Source: Escherichia coli
GTDB lineage: Bacteria > Pseudomonadota > Gammaproteobacteria > Enterobacterales > Enterobacteriaceae
NCBI RefSeq assembly: GCF_050920415.1
Contig: NZ_CP169309.1
Length of the DNA stretch: 64,000 nt
Strand: one strand, 5' to 3'
Shown here: positions 1 to 11,669 of the stretch, one piece after another
Layout: every line of letters starts with the position of its first letter
Position numbering within the stretch: the first letter of the stretch is position 1
The notes under the pieces: generated by a model
What the model saw: the letters and a program-made list of their open reading frames with translations, nothing else
What the model was told of the DNA's origin: nothing
Database searches by the model: none
Translations under genes and position numbers: made by a program

Positions 1-609
1 AACGATAAATTCAATCCCCAACGCCATCAGCAATAGCCCCATAATACGCGTAATCACGTTGATGCCGGTCTGGCGTAAAACCCGTACCAGCCACGGTGCC
101 ATGCGGAACAATCCCCAGCAGCATAAAGCAAACAATGCAATAGCCACAAAGAAACCAAATAGATAGCTAATACTGTGATAACGCGTACCCCAGACGATGG
201 TGGAACTAATCGCCCCTGGCCCCGCCATCAACGGCAACGCCAACGGCACCACACCAATGCTTTCACGTACCGCGGTTTCTGATTTTTCTTGCTTGTTCTG
301 TTTATCCTCGCCAAGCTTGCCGCTGATCATCGACATCGCTATTGTCACCACCAGGATGCCACCGGCGATACGGAATGAATCAATTGATATACCAAAAAGT
401 TGCAGAATCGTGTCGCCGAGAAAAAGCGAGATCCACAAGATAATGGCCACAGACAGGTTGGCTGTAAGGTTCGTTTTGTTTCGCGCTGCCGCTGTCTGAT
501 AACTGGTCATGCTGATAAAGACGGGAATAATCCCTACCGGGTTGACCAGCGCAAATAACCCGATGAAAAATTTGAAGTAAACGGGAAAATCAAAAAGGGT
601 CTGAATCAC
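1..609 (-). CDS. ychE: MarC-family inner membrane protein YchE (start at 609; 3' end runs off the window)
   Basis: Minus-strand translation from GTG at 609 gives VIQTLFDFPVYFKFFIGLFALVNPVGIIPVF..., a multi-TM hydrophobic protein; GGAG Shine-Dalgarno-like motif just upstream; divergent from adhE as expected. Confidence 0.8.
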   Translation of the reverse strand, partial: MIQTLFDFPVYFKFFIGLFALVNPVGIIPVFISMTSYQTAAARNKTNLTANLSVAIILWISLFLGDTILQLFGISIDSFRIAGGILVVTIAMSMISGKLGEDKQNKQEKSETAVRESIGVVPLALPLMAGPGAISSTIVWGTRYHSISYLFGFFVAIALFALCCWGLFRMAPWLVRVLRQTGINVITRIMGLLLMALGIEFIV

Positions 610-1085
610 GGTTAGCTCCGAAGCAAAAGCCGGATAATGTTAGCCATAAATAAGGTTAAAAAGACGCGCTGACAATACGCCTTTTGACAGCATTTTTCAC
701 CTCCTAACTACTTAAAATTGCTATCATTCGTTATTGTTATCTAGTTGTGCAAAACATGATAATGTAGCCAACAAATCATACTACAATTTATTAACTGTTA
801 GCTATAATGGCGAAAAGCCATGCTGAAAGGTGTCAGCTTTGCAAAAATTTGATTTGGATCACGTAATCAGTACCCAGAAGTGAGTAATCTTGCTTACGCC
901 ACCTGGAAGTGACGCATTAGAGATAATAACTCTAATGTTTAAACTCTTTTAGTAAATCACAGTGAGTGTGAGCGCGAGTAAGCTTTTGATTTTCATCGGT
1001 TAAGCAAATCATCACCGCACTGACTATACTCTCGTATTCGAGCAGATGATTTACTAAAAAAGTTTAACATTATCAGGAGAGCATT

Positions 1086-3761
1086 ATGGCTGTTACTAAT
1101 GTCGCTGAACTTAACGCACTCGTAGAGCGTGTAAAAAAAGCCCAGCGTGAATATGCCAGTTTCACTCAAGAGCAAGTAGACAAAATCTTCCGCGCCGCCG
1201 CTCTGGCTGCTGCAGATGCTCGAATCCCACTCGCGAAAATGGCCGTTGCCGAATCCGGCATGGGTATCGTCGAAGATAAAGTGATCAAAAACCACTTTGC
1301 TTCTGAATATATCTACAACGCCTATAAAGATGAAAAAACCTGTGGTGTTCTGTCTGAAGACGACACTTTTGGTACCATCACTATCGCTGAACCAATCGGT
1401 ATTATTTGCGGTATCGTTCCGACTACTAACCCGACTTCAACGGCTATCTTCAAATCGCTGATCAGCTTGAAGACCCGTAACGCCATTATCTTCTCCCCGC
1501 ACCCGCGTGCTAAAGATGCAACCAACAAAGCTGCAGATATTGTTCTGCAGGCTGCTATCGCTGCTGGTGCGCCGAAAGACCTGATTGGCTGGATCGATCA
1601 ACCTTCTGTTGAACTGTCTAACGCGCTGATGCACCACCCAGACATCAACCTGATCCTCGCGACCGGTGGTCCGGGTATGGTTAAAGCCGCATACAGCTCC
1701 GGTAAACCAGCTATCGGCGTAGGCGCGGGTAACACTCCAGTCGTTATCGATGAAACTGCTGATATCAAACGTGCAGTTGCATCTGTACTGATGTCTAAAA
1801 CCTTCGACAACGGCGTAATCTGTGCTTCTGAACAATCTGTTGTTGTAGTTGACTCTGTTTATGACGCGGTACGTGAGCGTTTCGCTACCCACGGCGGTTA
1901 CATACTGCAGGGCAAAGAGCTGAAAGCAGTTCAGGATGTTATCCTGAAAAACGGTGCGCTGAACGCGGCTATCGTTGGTCAGCCAGCCTATAAAATTGCT
2001 GAACTGGCAGGCTTCTCTGTACCAGAAAACACCAAGATTCTGATCGGTGAAGTGACCGTTGTTGATGAAAGCGAACCGTTCGCACATGAAAAACTGTCCC
2101 CAACTCTGGCAATGTACCGCGCTAAAGATTTCGAAGACGCGGTAGAAAAAGCAGAGAAACTGGTTGCTATGGGCGGCATCGGTCATACCTCTTGCCTGTA
2201 CACTGACCAGGATAACCAACCGGCTCGCGTTGCCTACTTCGGTCAGAAAATGAAAACGGCCCGTATTCTGATCAACACCCCGGCGTCTCAGGGTGGTATC
2301 GGTGACCTGTATAACTTCAAACTCGCACCTTCCCTGACTCTGGGTTGTGGTTCCTGGGGTGGTAACTCCATCTCTGAAAACGTTGGTCCGAAACACCTGA
2401 TCAACAAGAAAACCGTTGCTAAGCGAGCTGAAAACATGTTGTGGCACAAACTTCCGAAATCTATCTACTTCCGCCGTGGCTCTCTGCCAATCGCGCTGGA
2501 TGAAGTGATTACTGATGGCCACAAACGTGCGCTCATCGTGACTGACCGCTTCCTGTTCAACAATGGTTATGCTGATCAGATCACTTCCGTACTGAAAGCA
2601 GCAGGCGTTGAAACTGAAGTCTTCTTCGAAGTAGAAGCTGACCCGACCCTGAGCATCGTTCGTAAAGGTGCAGAACTGGCAAACTCCTTCAAACCAGACG
2701 TGATTATCGCGCTGGGTGGTGGTTCCCCGATGGATGCCGCGAAGATCATGTGGGTCATGTACGAACATCCGGAAACTCACTTCGAAGAACTGGCGCTGCG
2801 CTTTATGGATATCCGTAAACGTATCTACAAGTTCCCGAAAATGGGCGTGAAAGCGAAAATGATCGCTGTCACCACCACTTCTGGTACAGGTTCTGAAGTC
2901 ACTCCGTTTGCGGTTGTAACTGACGACGCTACTGGTCAGAAATATCCGCTGGCAGACTATGCGCTGACCCCGGATATGGCGATTGTCGATGCCAACCTGG
3001 TTATGGACATGCCGAAGTCCCTGTGTGCTTTCGGTGGTCTGGACGCAGTAACTCACGCCATGGAAGCTTATGTTTCTGTACTGGCATCTGAGTTCTCTGA
3101 TGGTCAGGCTCTGCAGGCACTGAAACTGCTGAAAGAATATCTGCCAGCGTCCTACCACGAAGGATCTAAAAATCCGGTAGCGCGTGAACGTGTTCACAGT
3201 GCAGCAACTATCGCGGGTATCGCGTTTGCGAACGCCTTCCTGGGTGTATGTCACTCAATGGCGCACAAACTGGGTTCCCAGTTCCATATTCCGCACGGTC
3301 TGGCAAACGCCCTGCTGATTTGTAACGTTATTCGCTACAACGCGAATGACAACCCGACCAAGCAGACTGCATTCAGCCAGTATGACCGTCCGCAGGCTCG
3401 CCGTCGTTATGCTGAAATTGCTGACCACCTGGGTCTGAGCGCACCGGGCGACCGTACTGCTGCTAAGATCGAGAAACTGCTGGCATGGCTGGAAACGCTG
3501 AAAGCTGAACTGGGTATTCCGAAATCTATCCGTGAAGCTGGCGTTCAGGAAGCAGACTTCCTGGCGAATGTGGATAAACTGTCTGAAGATGCATTCGATG
3601 ACCAGTGCACCGGCGCTAACCCGCGTTACCCACTGATCTCCGAGCTGAAACAGATTCTGCTGGATACCTACTACGGTCGTGATTATGTAGAAGGTGAAAC
3701 TGCAGCGAAAAAAGAAGCCGCTCCGGCTAAAGCTGAGAAAAAAGCGAAGAAATCCGCTTAA
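1086..3761 (+). CDS. adhE: Bifunctional acetaldehyde-CoA/alcohol dehydrogenase AdhE
   Basis: 891-aa [29 protein letters not shown]...; N-terminal aldehyde dehydrogenase domain and C-terminal iron-containing ADH domain ([10 protein letters not shown]). Confidence 0.97.
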   Translation: MAVTNVAELNALVERVKKAQREYASFTQEQVDKIFRAAALAAADARIPLAKMAVAESGMGIVEDKVIKNHFASEYIYNAYKDEKTCGVLSEDDTFGTITIAEPIGIICGIVPTTNPTSTAIFKSLISLKTRNAIIFSPHPRAKDATNKAADIVLQAAIAAGAPKDLIGWIDQPSVELSNALMHHPDINLILATGGPGMVKAAYSSGKPAIGVGAGNTPVVIDETADIKRAVASVLMSKTFDNGVICASEQSVVVVDSVYDAVRERFATHGGYILQGKELKAVQDVILKNGALNAAIVGQPAYKIAELAGFSVPENTKILIGEVTVVDESEPFAHEKLSPTLAMYRAKDFEDAVEKAEKLVAMGGIGHTSCLYTDQDNQPARVAYFGQKMKTARILINTPASQGGIGDLYNFKLAPSLTLGCGSWGGNSISENVGPKHLINKKTVAKRAENMLWHKLPKSIYFRRGSLPIALDEVITDGHKRALIVTDRFLFNNGYADQITSVLKAAGVETEVFFEVEADPTLSIVRKGAELANSFKPDVIIALGGGSPMDAAKIMWVMYEHPETHFEELALRFMDIRKRIYKFPKMGVKAKMIAVTTTSGTGSEVTPFAVVTDDATGQKYPLADYALTPDMAIVDANLVMDMPKSLCAFGGLDAVTHAMEAYVSVLASEFSDGQALQALKLLKEYLPASYHEGSKNPVARERVHSAATIAGIAFANAFLGVCHSMAHKLGSQFHIPHGLANALLICNVIRYNANDNPTKQTAFSQYDRPQARRRYAEIADHLGLSAPGDRTAAKIEKLLAWLETLKAELGIPKSIREAGVQEADFLANVDKLSEDAFDDQCTGANPRYPLISELKQILLDTYYGRDYVEGETAAKKEAAPAKAEKKAKKSA

Positions 3762-3785
3762 TAAGTAGCGCTGTCTGGCAACATA

Positions 3786-3813
3786 AACGGTCCCTTCTGG
3801 GGCCGTTTTTTTG
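3786..3813 (+). terminator. Rho-independent terminator downstream of adhE
   Basis: 9-bp stem AACGGTCCC / GGGGCCGTT with TTCT loop, followed by a T-run (3806-3812). Confidence 0.7.
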
Positions 3814-4063
3814 TTTTACCCAAAGCAACTTTCCCATAAACCGACAGCATTTGCCTTCATCATATTTACGGCGATGTATAACGCCTACACACAGCGATAT
3901 TGTACTTTACAGGTCACAAGTCAACGTCACTGTAAAAGCGATCTGTGAGGGGTATAGTGGCGTTAAAGAACTGTCGAGAAGGGTATATACACCGGATGAA
4001 GTGCGTAAAATGAACTGACAGGATAAAAGCGCCCTGCTCACCCTGTCAGTAAAGAAATTCTTA

Positions 4064-4681
4064 TTAATCGTGGCGATGCCTTTCCTGAATAGCCGTTAAT
4101 GAGCCGACTTCTAACGCCTCTTTATAGTGTTTGCGGCATACAGAAACGTAGCGTTCATTACCACCAATAACCACCTGCTCACCTTCGTTATAAGGTCTGC
4201 CTGCTTGATCAAGACGCAGCACCATGCTTGCTTTACGGCCACAAAAACAGATGGTTTTTAATTCAACCAGTTTGTCGGACCATGCCAGTAAGTATTGGCT
4301 GCCAATAAATAATTCACCTCGAAAATCGGTACGTAAACCATAACAAAGTACGGGTATATCGAGTTGATCTACAACCTCCGATAATTCATATACTTGTTGT
4401 CTGGTTAAAAACTGGCATTCATCAACCAGTACGCAATGAATTGCCTGCTGTTCATGTTCCGCACGAATCTCATCAAATAATGATGAATTTTGGTTAAATA
4501 ATTTTGCAGGCGATGACAAACCTATACGCGAGCTGACTTTCCCGGCACCAAAGCGATCATCAATTTCTGCCGTATATACGACAGTGCGCATGCCGCGTTC
4601 CTGGTAATTGTATGAAGATTGCAACAATGCTGTAGACTTACCCGCATTCATTGCGGAATAGTAGAAATATAGCTGTGCCAT
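4064..4681 (-). CDS. tdk: Thymidine kinase
   Basis: 205-aa [33 protein letters not shown]...; P-loop, Tdk family. Confidence 0.95.
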
Positions 4682-5213
4682 CAGCCACAGGCCCTCAATG
4701 ATATGAAATAAAGTTGGCTGGAGTTTATCATAATTCGTCAGTTTTTCAGCTCAACAGTATGCATAGAAGTGGTATATGCGTTCTCCCTTACGAAGCCTTG
4801 CATAATCCTTCTGAGCTATCATTACAACTGCCTCGCTTGTTATAAGCGGGTAAATGACTGCTGGTAACTATTCACAATCTTTAACCTGTTGCGCAAGTAA
4901 TAGCCCTCTGTTGACCTCCTGGAGATAGTGCAATACTAAGTCCCTGCTCTTATTGCGACTGTTCTACTTTTCATCATTCGCTTAATAGAGAATTCTCGTA
5001 AACACGACTAATACAGAAGACTGAAAGGTCGTCAGCCTACGATAATCTCCCCATAAAATGTGACATGAATCAGGAAGTTTTAACCTCACGTGCTGCGAAA
5101 TCATCGGCGCAAATAGGGCTATATGCCGCGTCTTTTCTGGCTAATTTTATGAAAAGATATTTATTGGCGGCACAAAATAAAGAACAATTTTGAATTCCTT
5201 ACATTCCTGGCTA

Positions 5214-5242
5214 TTGCACAACTGAATTTAAGGCTCTATTAT
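5214..5242 (+). promoter_or_regulatory. Candidate sigma70 promoter of hns (-35 TTGCAC 5214-5219, -10 TATTAT 5237-5242, 17-bp spacer)
   Basis: Hexamers with correct spacing about 45 bp upstream of the hns ATG; sits in the long AT-rich tdk-hns divergent region. Confidence 0.5.
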
Positions 5243-5284
5243 TACCTCAACAAACCACCCCAATATAAGTTTGAGATTACTACA

Positions 5285-5698
5285 ATGAGCGAAGCACTTA
5301 AAATTCTGAACAACATCCGTACTCTTCGTGCGCAGGCAAGAGAATGTACACTTGAAACGCTGGAAGAAATGCTGGAAAAATTAGAAGTTGTTGTTAACGA
5401 ACGTCGCGAAGAAGAAAGCGCGGCTGCTGCTGAAGTTGAAGAGCGCACTCGTAAACTGCAACAATATCGCGAAATGCTGATCGCTGACGGTATTGACCCG
5501 AACGAACTGCTGAATAGCCTTGCTGCCGTTAAATCTGGCACCAAAGCTAAACGCGCTCAGCGTCCGGCAAAATACAGCTACGTTGACGAAAACGGCGAAA
5601 CTAAAACCTGGACTGGCCAGGGTCGTACTCCAGCTGTAATCAAAAAAGCAATGGATGAGCAAGGCAAATCCCTCGACGATTTCCTGATCAAGCAATAA
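5285..5698 (+). CDS. hns: Nucleoid-associated protein H-NS
   Basis: 137-aa [47 protein letters not shown]...[10 protein letters not shown]; recognised H-NS sequence. Confidence 0.97.
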
Positions 5699-5722
5699 TC
5701 TTTTGTAGATTACACTTGCTTA

Positions 5723-5749
5723 AAATCCCGCCATCGGCGGGATTTTTTA
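5723..5749 (+). terminator. Rho-independent terminator after hns
   Basis: AAATCCCGCC-ATCG-GGCGGGATTT perfect stem with A-run upstream and T-run downstream (possibly bidirectional). Confidence 0.75.
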
Positions 5750-5784
5750 TTGTCCGGTTTAAGACAATTTAATAAGAATAAGCT

Positions 5785-5818
5785 ATAAAAAAACGGCGTC
5801 GATTGCTCAACGCCGTTT
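5785..5818 (-). terminator. Rho-independent terminator after galU
   Basis: AACGGCG...CGCCGTT inverted repeat preceded on the plus strand by an A-run (T-run on the minus strand), about 25 nt past the galU stop. Confidence 0.6.
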
Positions 5819-5841
5819 CGTGGATAACACCGATACGGAAG

Positions 5842-6750
5842 TTACTTCTTAATGCCCATCTCTTCTTCAAGCCAGGCTTTAAATTCCGTGCCAAGGGTGT
5901 TATGACGAATACCGTATTCAACGAAGGCCTGCATGTAACCTAATTTATTACCGCAGTCATGGCTCTTCCCTTTCATATGATAGGCTTCCACCGTTTCTTT
6001 TTCGATCAGCATATCAATTGCGTCGGTGAGCTGAATTTCATCACCAGCACCCGGAGGGGTTTTTGCCAGCAACGGCCAAATATCCGCGCTAAGAACGTAA
6101 CGACCCACAATAGCGAGATTAGACGGCGCAACATCCGCTTTTGGTTTTTCAACCACGCCAACCATCGGTACGCTTTCACCCGGCGCTAATTCAACGCCTT
6201 TGCAATCCACAACGCCATATGCGGTCACATCAGCAACCGGTTCAACCATGATCTGGCTATGACCCGTTTCATCAAAGCGGCGGATCATCTCTGCCAGGTT
6301 ATCCTGTGACAAATCGGATTCATATTCATCCAGAATAACGTCAGGCAAAATAACAGCCACAGGTTCATCACCCACTACCGGGTGAGCACACAATACCGCG
6401 TGTCCCAGGCCTTTCGCCAGCCCCTGACGAACTTGCATAATAGTCACGTGCGGCGGACAAATAGACTGCACTTCATCAAGCAGTTGACGTTTTACACGTT
6501 TTTCCAGCATTGCTTCCAGTTCAAAACTGGTATCAAAGTGGTTTTCAATAGAGTTTTTAGATGAGTGAGTAACCAGCACAATTTCAGTAATGCCAGCCGC
6601 AATACATTCATTCACGACGTATTGAATTAATGGCTTATCGACAAGTGGCAGCATCTCTTTCGGGATGGCTTTCGTCGCCGGCAACATCCTGGTTCCTAAT
6701 CCCGCAACGGGGATAACGGCTTTTTTGACTTTCGTATTAATGGCAGCCAT
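5842..6750 (-). CDS. galU: UTP--glucose-1-phosphate uridylyltransferase
   Basis: 302-aa [38 protein letters not shown]...; nucleotidyltransferase G-x-G-T-R motif. Confidence 0.95.
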
Positions 6751-6951
6751 TTAAATTCTCCTGGACTGTTCGTGTTTTGAACGTGTTCATATTTCTGTAT
6801 CGCATCCCAGTATATCAGCACCCCGAAGGGGCTAAGTTCTGAAAAGGAGGCGAGTTAGCATAATTAAGACAATTACTTATACGAATGGCGACGATAGTAC
6901 CACCAGCCGACATTAGCAGGTAATGCAAATTTAGCCCGCGTTATCGTTTGC

Positions 6952-7965
6952 TCATTCTGCAGACAACATCAAGCGAAGCCGACCACCGGTTCCCCATATT
7001 TGGCATTGCCAGGCATCGCATCGCTGGCTCAATTGATTCAAATAAGCGTTACCTAAAGTGCCTAACGGAACACCATTACTGATTTGCACCTGGTGTTCGC
7101 CAGTATTTAACGTCGCATTCAGACCCGCAGAAACCAGAATGAGATTTTTCAGTTCGCGATGATAATAGCCAACTAATAGCGGAAACTGCCCCGGCAGATT
7201 GGCCTGACGGAGTAAATGGTTTACCTGCTTCAATAACGCGCCCAACTCTGGCAACCGTTGATTTTGATGTGCAAGCTGTTCCTGTAATAATCCGTTAAAC
7301 AATGCGCGTAATAACAAGGCAGCAAGTACGCCATTATGTCCAGCTCTGGTGACATCAAGGCAATAAAATGCCAGATCGTTTTCCGAAAGTGCGGCAATAT
7401 CAAGCACCAGGCCGGGTTTGTCCGCGGCAACCAATTGACGATAATTAACCCGGCAATGGGAAATCACCTGCTGAACCGGCGGTTGCAATTCCTGTAATAA
7501 TTTCGCCGCTGCGGCAGGGTTATCAACCATTGCATCCCAGTCTCGAAAAAGCCTCTCCTCTTCCTCAACGCGGGAATTAAACATGCTGGGATAGAGACAG
7601 GCAAAAACCATCTCGCGCAAGCGATTCAGATCTTTAACTGGTTTCAGCAAAACATCTTCAACGCCCAGACGTAACGCTTTGGCAATATCTGCCATATTTT
7701 CAGTGGCAGATATCACCAGAACCGGTGTCTGGTCACCTCTGTTGCGTATATGTTCCAGCAGTTTAAGCCCGTTCATTCGTGGCATCGCGATATCACATAT
7801 CATCAGGTCTGGAGTGAAACCTCCCAGCAACTCAAGGGCATCCACCCCATCAGCCGCCAGTACCGTTGTCGCTCCCAATGAGGAAAACCACGAATCCAGA
7901 AGCGAGCGAAATACCTGCTCATCTTCAACAATGAGAATCTGTTTTCCGACCAATGGCTGCGTCAT
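6952..7965 (-). CDS. rssB: Response regulator RssB (RpoS proteolysis adaptor)
   Basis: 337-aa ORF MTQPLVGKQILIVEDEQVFRSLLDSWF...; CheY-like receiver followed by a PP2C-like domain. Confidence 0.95.
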   Translation of the reverse strand: MTQPLVGKQILIVEDEQVFRSLLDSWFSSLGATTVLAADGVDALELLGGFTPDLMICDIAMPRMNGLKLLEHIRNRGDQTPVLVISATENMADIAKALRLGVEDVLLKPVKDLNRLREMVFACLYPSMFNSRVEEEERLFRDWDAMVDNPAAAAKLLQELQPPVQQVISHCRVNYRQLVAADKPGLVLDIAALSENDLAFYCLDVTRAGHNGVLAALLLRALFNGLLQEQLAHQNQRLPELGALLKQVNHLLRQANLPGQFPLLVGYYHRELKNLILVSAGLNATLNTGEHQVQISNGVPLGTLGNAYLNQLSQRCDAWQCQIWGTGGRLRLMLSAE

Positions 7966-8056
7966 GTTCTCTCCCCTGACTGGCTTTACTCAATAGTGGC
8001 ATGCTATTGCCACCTGCGCCTGTCAGAATTAACTTAAGTGTAGATAAAAATTCTGG

Positions 8057-8962
8057 TCAAATGTTGGTGCGTACCAACGGCAAAAGTTCGTCCATTTTCT
8101 TTTCCACTGCCAGCTGCCCAGCCGCAATGGCAGCGTGCGCGCGATGGAAATCAAGCGTAGATATTTGCGGGCAAACAGGTTGAATCAGAATATCGGGCGG
8201 ATCACCTGCCATGCGGTTTCTTTTAAGGCGGTTCTCCAGCACCTGGATAGAAGTGGTCATAATCTCTGTTGCCGTTGGCGCTGTCACCGCCCGACGTGTC
8301 GTTATGCTGCCCAACCTTTCTTTCAGACGCGCATGCCACGGCAGAGAATCACCATTCTCGCTATTTTCTTCACTGACATTAAAGGAGAGCAGATCTTGTT
8401 GCATCAAATGAGCATCGTGCTGCAGGTCGACCGCTATCACAATATCAGCACCCAATGCACGCGTGAGCGAAATAGGAATTGGGTTAACTACTGCCCCATC
8501 AACCAGCCAGTAGCCGTTATGCGCAACGGGTGCCATTAGTCCTGGAATACTGCATGATGCACGAATAGCAAGATGGAGATCGCCTTCAGTAAACCATAAT
8601 TCGCGCCCAGTACTTAAATTGGTGGCAACAGCCGCGAAGCGACGGGAACAATTTTCGATCTCTGTTTCCGGCATTATTTCGCGATATTGATTGAAGACAC
8701 GCTCGCCGCGCAGTAACCCACCGCGCTGCCAGGAGAGATCCATCAGGCGTAAAACATCCCAATAACTGAAAGAGGTTACCCAATCTTCCAGCGCAGATAA
8801 TCGATCGCATGCATAGGCCGCGCCCACCAGCGAACCAATTGAGCATCCTGCAACGATATCAATTTCAATACCCACTTTTTTTAGCGCATTAATAACGCCA
8901 ATATGCGACCAACCTCTCGCCGCGCCAGATCCCAGCGCCAGCCCTATTTTTATCTTTCTCAT
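8057..8962 (-). CDS. rssA: Patatin-like phospholipase RssA
   Basis: 301-aa ORF with GSGAARGW glycine-rich loop and GCSIGS (G-x-S-x-G) lipase motif; immediately upstream of rssB. Confidence 0.9.
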   Translation of the reverse strand: MRKIKIGLALGSGAARGWSHIGVINALKKVGIEIDIVAGCSIGSLVGAAYACDRLSALEDWVTSFSYWDVLRLMDLSWQRGGLLRGERVFNQYREIMPETEIENCSRRFAAVATNLSTGRELWFTEGDLHLAIRASCSIPGLMAPVAHNGYWLVDGAVVNPIPISLTRALGADIVIAVDLQHDAHLMQQDLLSFNVSEENSENGDSLPWHARLKERLGSITTRRAVTAPTATEIMTTSIQVLENRLKRNRMAGDPPDILIQPVCPQISTLDFHRAHAAIAAGQLAVEKKMDELLPLVRTNI

Positions 8963-9074
8963 TATTCCCGCAAGATTCCCCTGGAATGCAATCGTAGCAA
9001 CATCGCTACTGCTCGGTTAACATAGTGCTACTCAGGCGGTTAATACGCCGTTATTGTTTCCAGGGAGATTATTT

Positions 9075-9533
9075 GTGTCTCAGCTTTGTCCCTGTGGTAG
9101 TGCTGTCGAGTATAGCCTATGTTGCCACCCTTATGTGTCTGGTGAAAAGGTTGCACCTGATCCAGAACATCTCATGCGTTCGCGTTACTGCGCTTTTGTG
9201 ATGCAAGACGCAGATTATTTAATAAAGACCTGGCATCCATCTTGTGGAGCGGCGGCGTTACGTGCCGAATTGATTGCCGGATTTGCGCATACTGAATGGT
9301 TGGGATTGACCGTATTTGAACATTGTTGGCAGGACGGCGACAATATCGGATTTGTCAGTTTTGTTGCTCGATTTACCGAAGGTGGCAAAACAGGCGCCAT
9401 AATTGAACGTTCACGATTTTTGAAAGAAAACGGTCAATGGTACTATATTGACGGTACACGTCCGCAGTTTGGCCGCAACGCTCCCTGCCCTTGTGGTTCA
9501 GGTAAAAAATTTAAAAAGTGCTGCGGCCAATAA
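9075..9533 (+). CDS. ychJ: SEC-C metal-binding-motif protein YchJ (UPF0225)
   Basis: Start taken as GTG at 9075 ([20 protein letters not shown]...); the track ORF begins at an upstream TTG. Cys-rich CPCGS...CC motifs at both termini. Confidence 0.8.
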   Translation: MSQLCPCGSAVEYSLCCHPYVSGEKVAPDPEHLMRSRYCAFVMQDADYLIKTWHPSCGAAALRAELIAGFAHTEWLGLTVFEHCWQDGDNIGFVSFVARFTEGGKTGAIIERSRFLKENGQWYYIDGTRPQFGRNAPCPCGSGKKFKKCCGQ

Positions 9534-9582
9534 TGGTTGACGGTACGGTTAAGCAAACACTCTCAACAAGGTTTTTCCAGCA

Positions 9583-10425
9583 ATGCATTCACTCCAACGT
9601 AAAGTTCTGCGTACTATTTGTCCGGACCAAAAAGGTCTGATCGCCCGTATTACTAATATTTGCTATAAGCACGAGTTAAATATCGTGCAGAACAATGAAT
9701 TTGTTGATCACCGTACCGGGCGCTTTTTTATGCGCACGGAACTGGAAGGCATTTTTAATGATTCCACCCTGCTGGCGGATCTCGACAGCGCATTGCCAGA
9801 AGGCTCCGTACGTGAGCTGAATCCTGCCGGTCGTCGCCGGATAGTGATTCTGGTCACTAAAGAGGCGCATTGCCTTGGCGATTTGTTGATGAAAGCCAAT
9901 TACGGCGGCCTGGATGTCGAAATCGCGGCAGTTATTGGTAACCACGATACTTTACGTTCTCTGGTTGAGCGTTTTGATATTCCGTTTGAGCTGGTAAGTC
10001 ATGAAGGATTAAGTCGCAACGAGCACGATCAAAAAATGGCGGATGCCATTGACGCTTATCAGCCTGACTACGTGGTGCTGGCGAAGTATATGCGCGTATT
10101 AACGCCAGAGTTCGTAGCACGCTTCCCGAATAAAATTATCAATATTCACCATTCATTCCTGCCAGCGTTTATCGGTGCACGTCCCTATCACCAGGCCTAT
10201 GAGCGTGGCGTGAAGATTATTGGTGCAACCGCTCACTATGTGAATGACAATCTGGATGAAGGCCCAATCATCATGCAGGACGTTATTCATGTCGATCATA
10301 CATACACGGCTGAAGATATGATGCGTGCAGGTCGTGATGTCGAGAAAAACGTATTAAGCCGCGCGCTTTACAAAGTGCTGGCGCAGCGTGTATTTGTTTA
10401 CGGTAACCGGACGATTATTCTTTAA
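9583..10425 (+). CDS. purU: Formyltetrahydrofolate deformylase
   Basis: 280-aa ORF MHSLQRKVLRTICPDQKGLIARITNICYKHELNIVQN...; ACT domain plus formyltransferase domain. Confidence 0.95.
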   Translation: MHSLQRKVLRTICPDQKGLIARITNICYKHELNIVQNNEFVDHRTGRFFMRTELEGIFNDSTLLADLDSALPEGSVRELNPAGRRRIVILVTKEAHCLGDLLMKANYGGLDVEIAAVIGNHDTLRSLVERFDIPFELVSHEGLSRNEHDQKMADAIDAYQPDYVVLAKYMRVLTPEFVARFPNKIINIHHSFLPAFIGARPYHQAYERGVKIIGATAHYVNDNLDEGPIIMQDVIHVDHTYTAEDMMRAGRDVEKNVLSRALYKVLAQRVFVYGNRTIIL

Positions 10426-10507
10426 TCGCTGGCAAAATAGAACTGGTTGCCTTTAATCCGTTACGGATGAAAATTACGCAACCAGTTCATTTTTCTCAAC
10501 GTAACCC

Positions 10508-10543
10508 TTTACAGCGGCGTGTCATTTGATATGATGCGCCCCG
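10508..10543 (+). promoter_or_regulatory. tyrT promoter (-35 TTTACA 10508-10513, -10 TATGAT 10530-10535, GC-rich discriminator GCGCCCCGC)
   Basis: Matches the classic stringently controlled tyrT promoter; 16-bp spacer; leaves a leader of about 43 nt before the mature tRNA 5' end at 10586. Confidence 0.8.
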
Positions 10544-10585
10544 CTTCCCCACAAGGGAGCAGGCCAGTAAAAAGCATTACCCCGT

Positions 10586-10670
<85 letters not shown>

Positions 10671-10704
10671 TCTCAAGCATTACATCAAAATTTGAATTAT
10701 CCCT

Positions 10705-10770
<66 letters not shown>

Positions 10771-10789
<19 letters not shown>

Positions 10790-11506
10790 TCACTTTCAAA
10801 AGTTCCTGAAATCCCCAACAAATCCACAATTAAATATTCTGCCCATGCGGGGAAGGATGAGAAGCTTCGACTAAGGTTCGACTCGAGCGCCAGCGAGAGA
10901 GCGTTGCCGCAGGCAACGACCCGTAGGGCGAAGCGCGCAGCGCTGAGTAATCCTTCCCCCACCACCATCACTTTCAAAAACCCCTGTATTCTCCAACGAA
11001 TCCGTAACTGAATATTCTGCCCATGCGGGGAAGGATGAGAAGCTTCGACTAAGGTTCGACTCGAGCGCCAGCGAGAGAGCGTTGCCGCAGGCAACGACCC
11101 GTAGGGCGAAGCGCGCAGCGCTGAGTAATCCTTCCCCCACCACCATCACTTTCAAAAACCCCTGTATTCTCCAACGAATCCGTAACTGAATATTCTGCCC
11201 ATGCGGGGAAGGATGAGAAGCTTCGACTAAGGTTCGACTCGAGCGCCAGCGAGAGAGCGTTGCCGCAGGCAACGACCCGTAGGGCGAAGCGCGCAGCGCT
11301 GAGTAATCCTTCCCCCACCACCATCACTTTCAAAAACCCCTGTATTCTCCAACGAATCCGTAACTGAATATTCTGCCCATGCGGGGAAGGATGAGAAGCT
11401 TTGACTAAGGTTCGACTCGAGCGCCAGCGAGAGAGCATTGCCGCAGGCAACGACCCGTAGGGCGAAGCGCGCAGCGCTGAGTAATCCTTCCCCCACCACC
11501 ATCACA
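10771..11506 (+). repeat. tyrT-operon 178-bp tandem repeats (4 full units starting at 10771, 10949, 11127, 11305, plus a 24-bp partial); rtT RNA/tpr region
   Basis: Each unit starts with the tRNA 3' motif AATCCTTCCCCCACCACCATCAC; exact 178-bp period read from the sequence; copies near-identical apart from the first unit and two substitutions in the fourth. Confidence 0.9.
11391..11480 (+). pseudogene. tpr: tpr (protamine-like peptide) frame interrupted by TAA at codon 6
   Basis: ATG AGA AGC TTT GAC TAA... encodes MRSFD-stop; the same TAA is present in all four repeat copies. Read-through would give the Arg-rich 29-aa peptide I recall for K-12 tpr (from memory). Confidence 0.35.
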
Positions 11507-11623
11507 CCCTTAAATACTCAAAACCTGTTACTTCAAGCTAATTTGCCCCGTGGCACCGCGTTTACCGGACCTACAATATCCTCCCCTATATGTCAGATAA
11601 GCGAATCACTCCGCAGCGTACCC

Positions 11624-11650
11624 ATAAAAAAACCCCGCCGAAGCAGGGTC
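11624..11650 (-). terminator. Rho-independent terminator after narI
   Basis: Minus-strand CCCTGC-UUCG-GCGGGG hairpin (one G-U pair) followed by a U7 run, about 20 nt past the narI stop. Confidence 0.6.
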
Positions 11651-11669
11651 TGTGTGAACTAAAATTCAC

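Noticed and set aside
1437-3254. 605-codon ORF on the minus strand inside adhE
   Set aside because: Entirely antisense to a highly expressed, well-recognised gene; the Cys/Arg/Phe-rich low-complexity translation is typical of a shadow ORF; no independent start or RBS context
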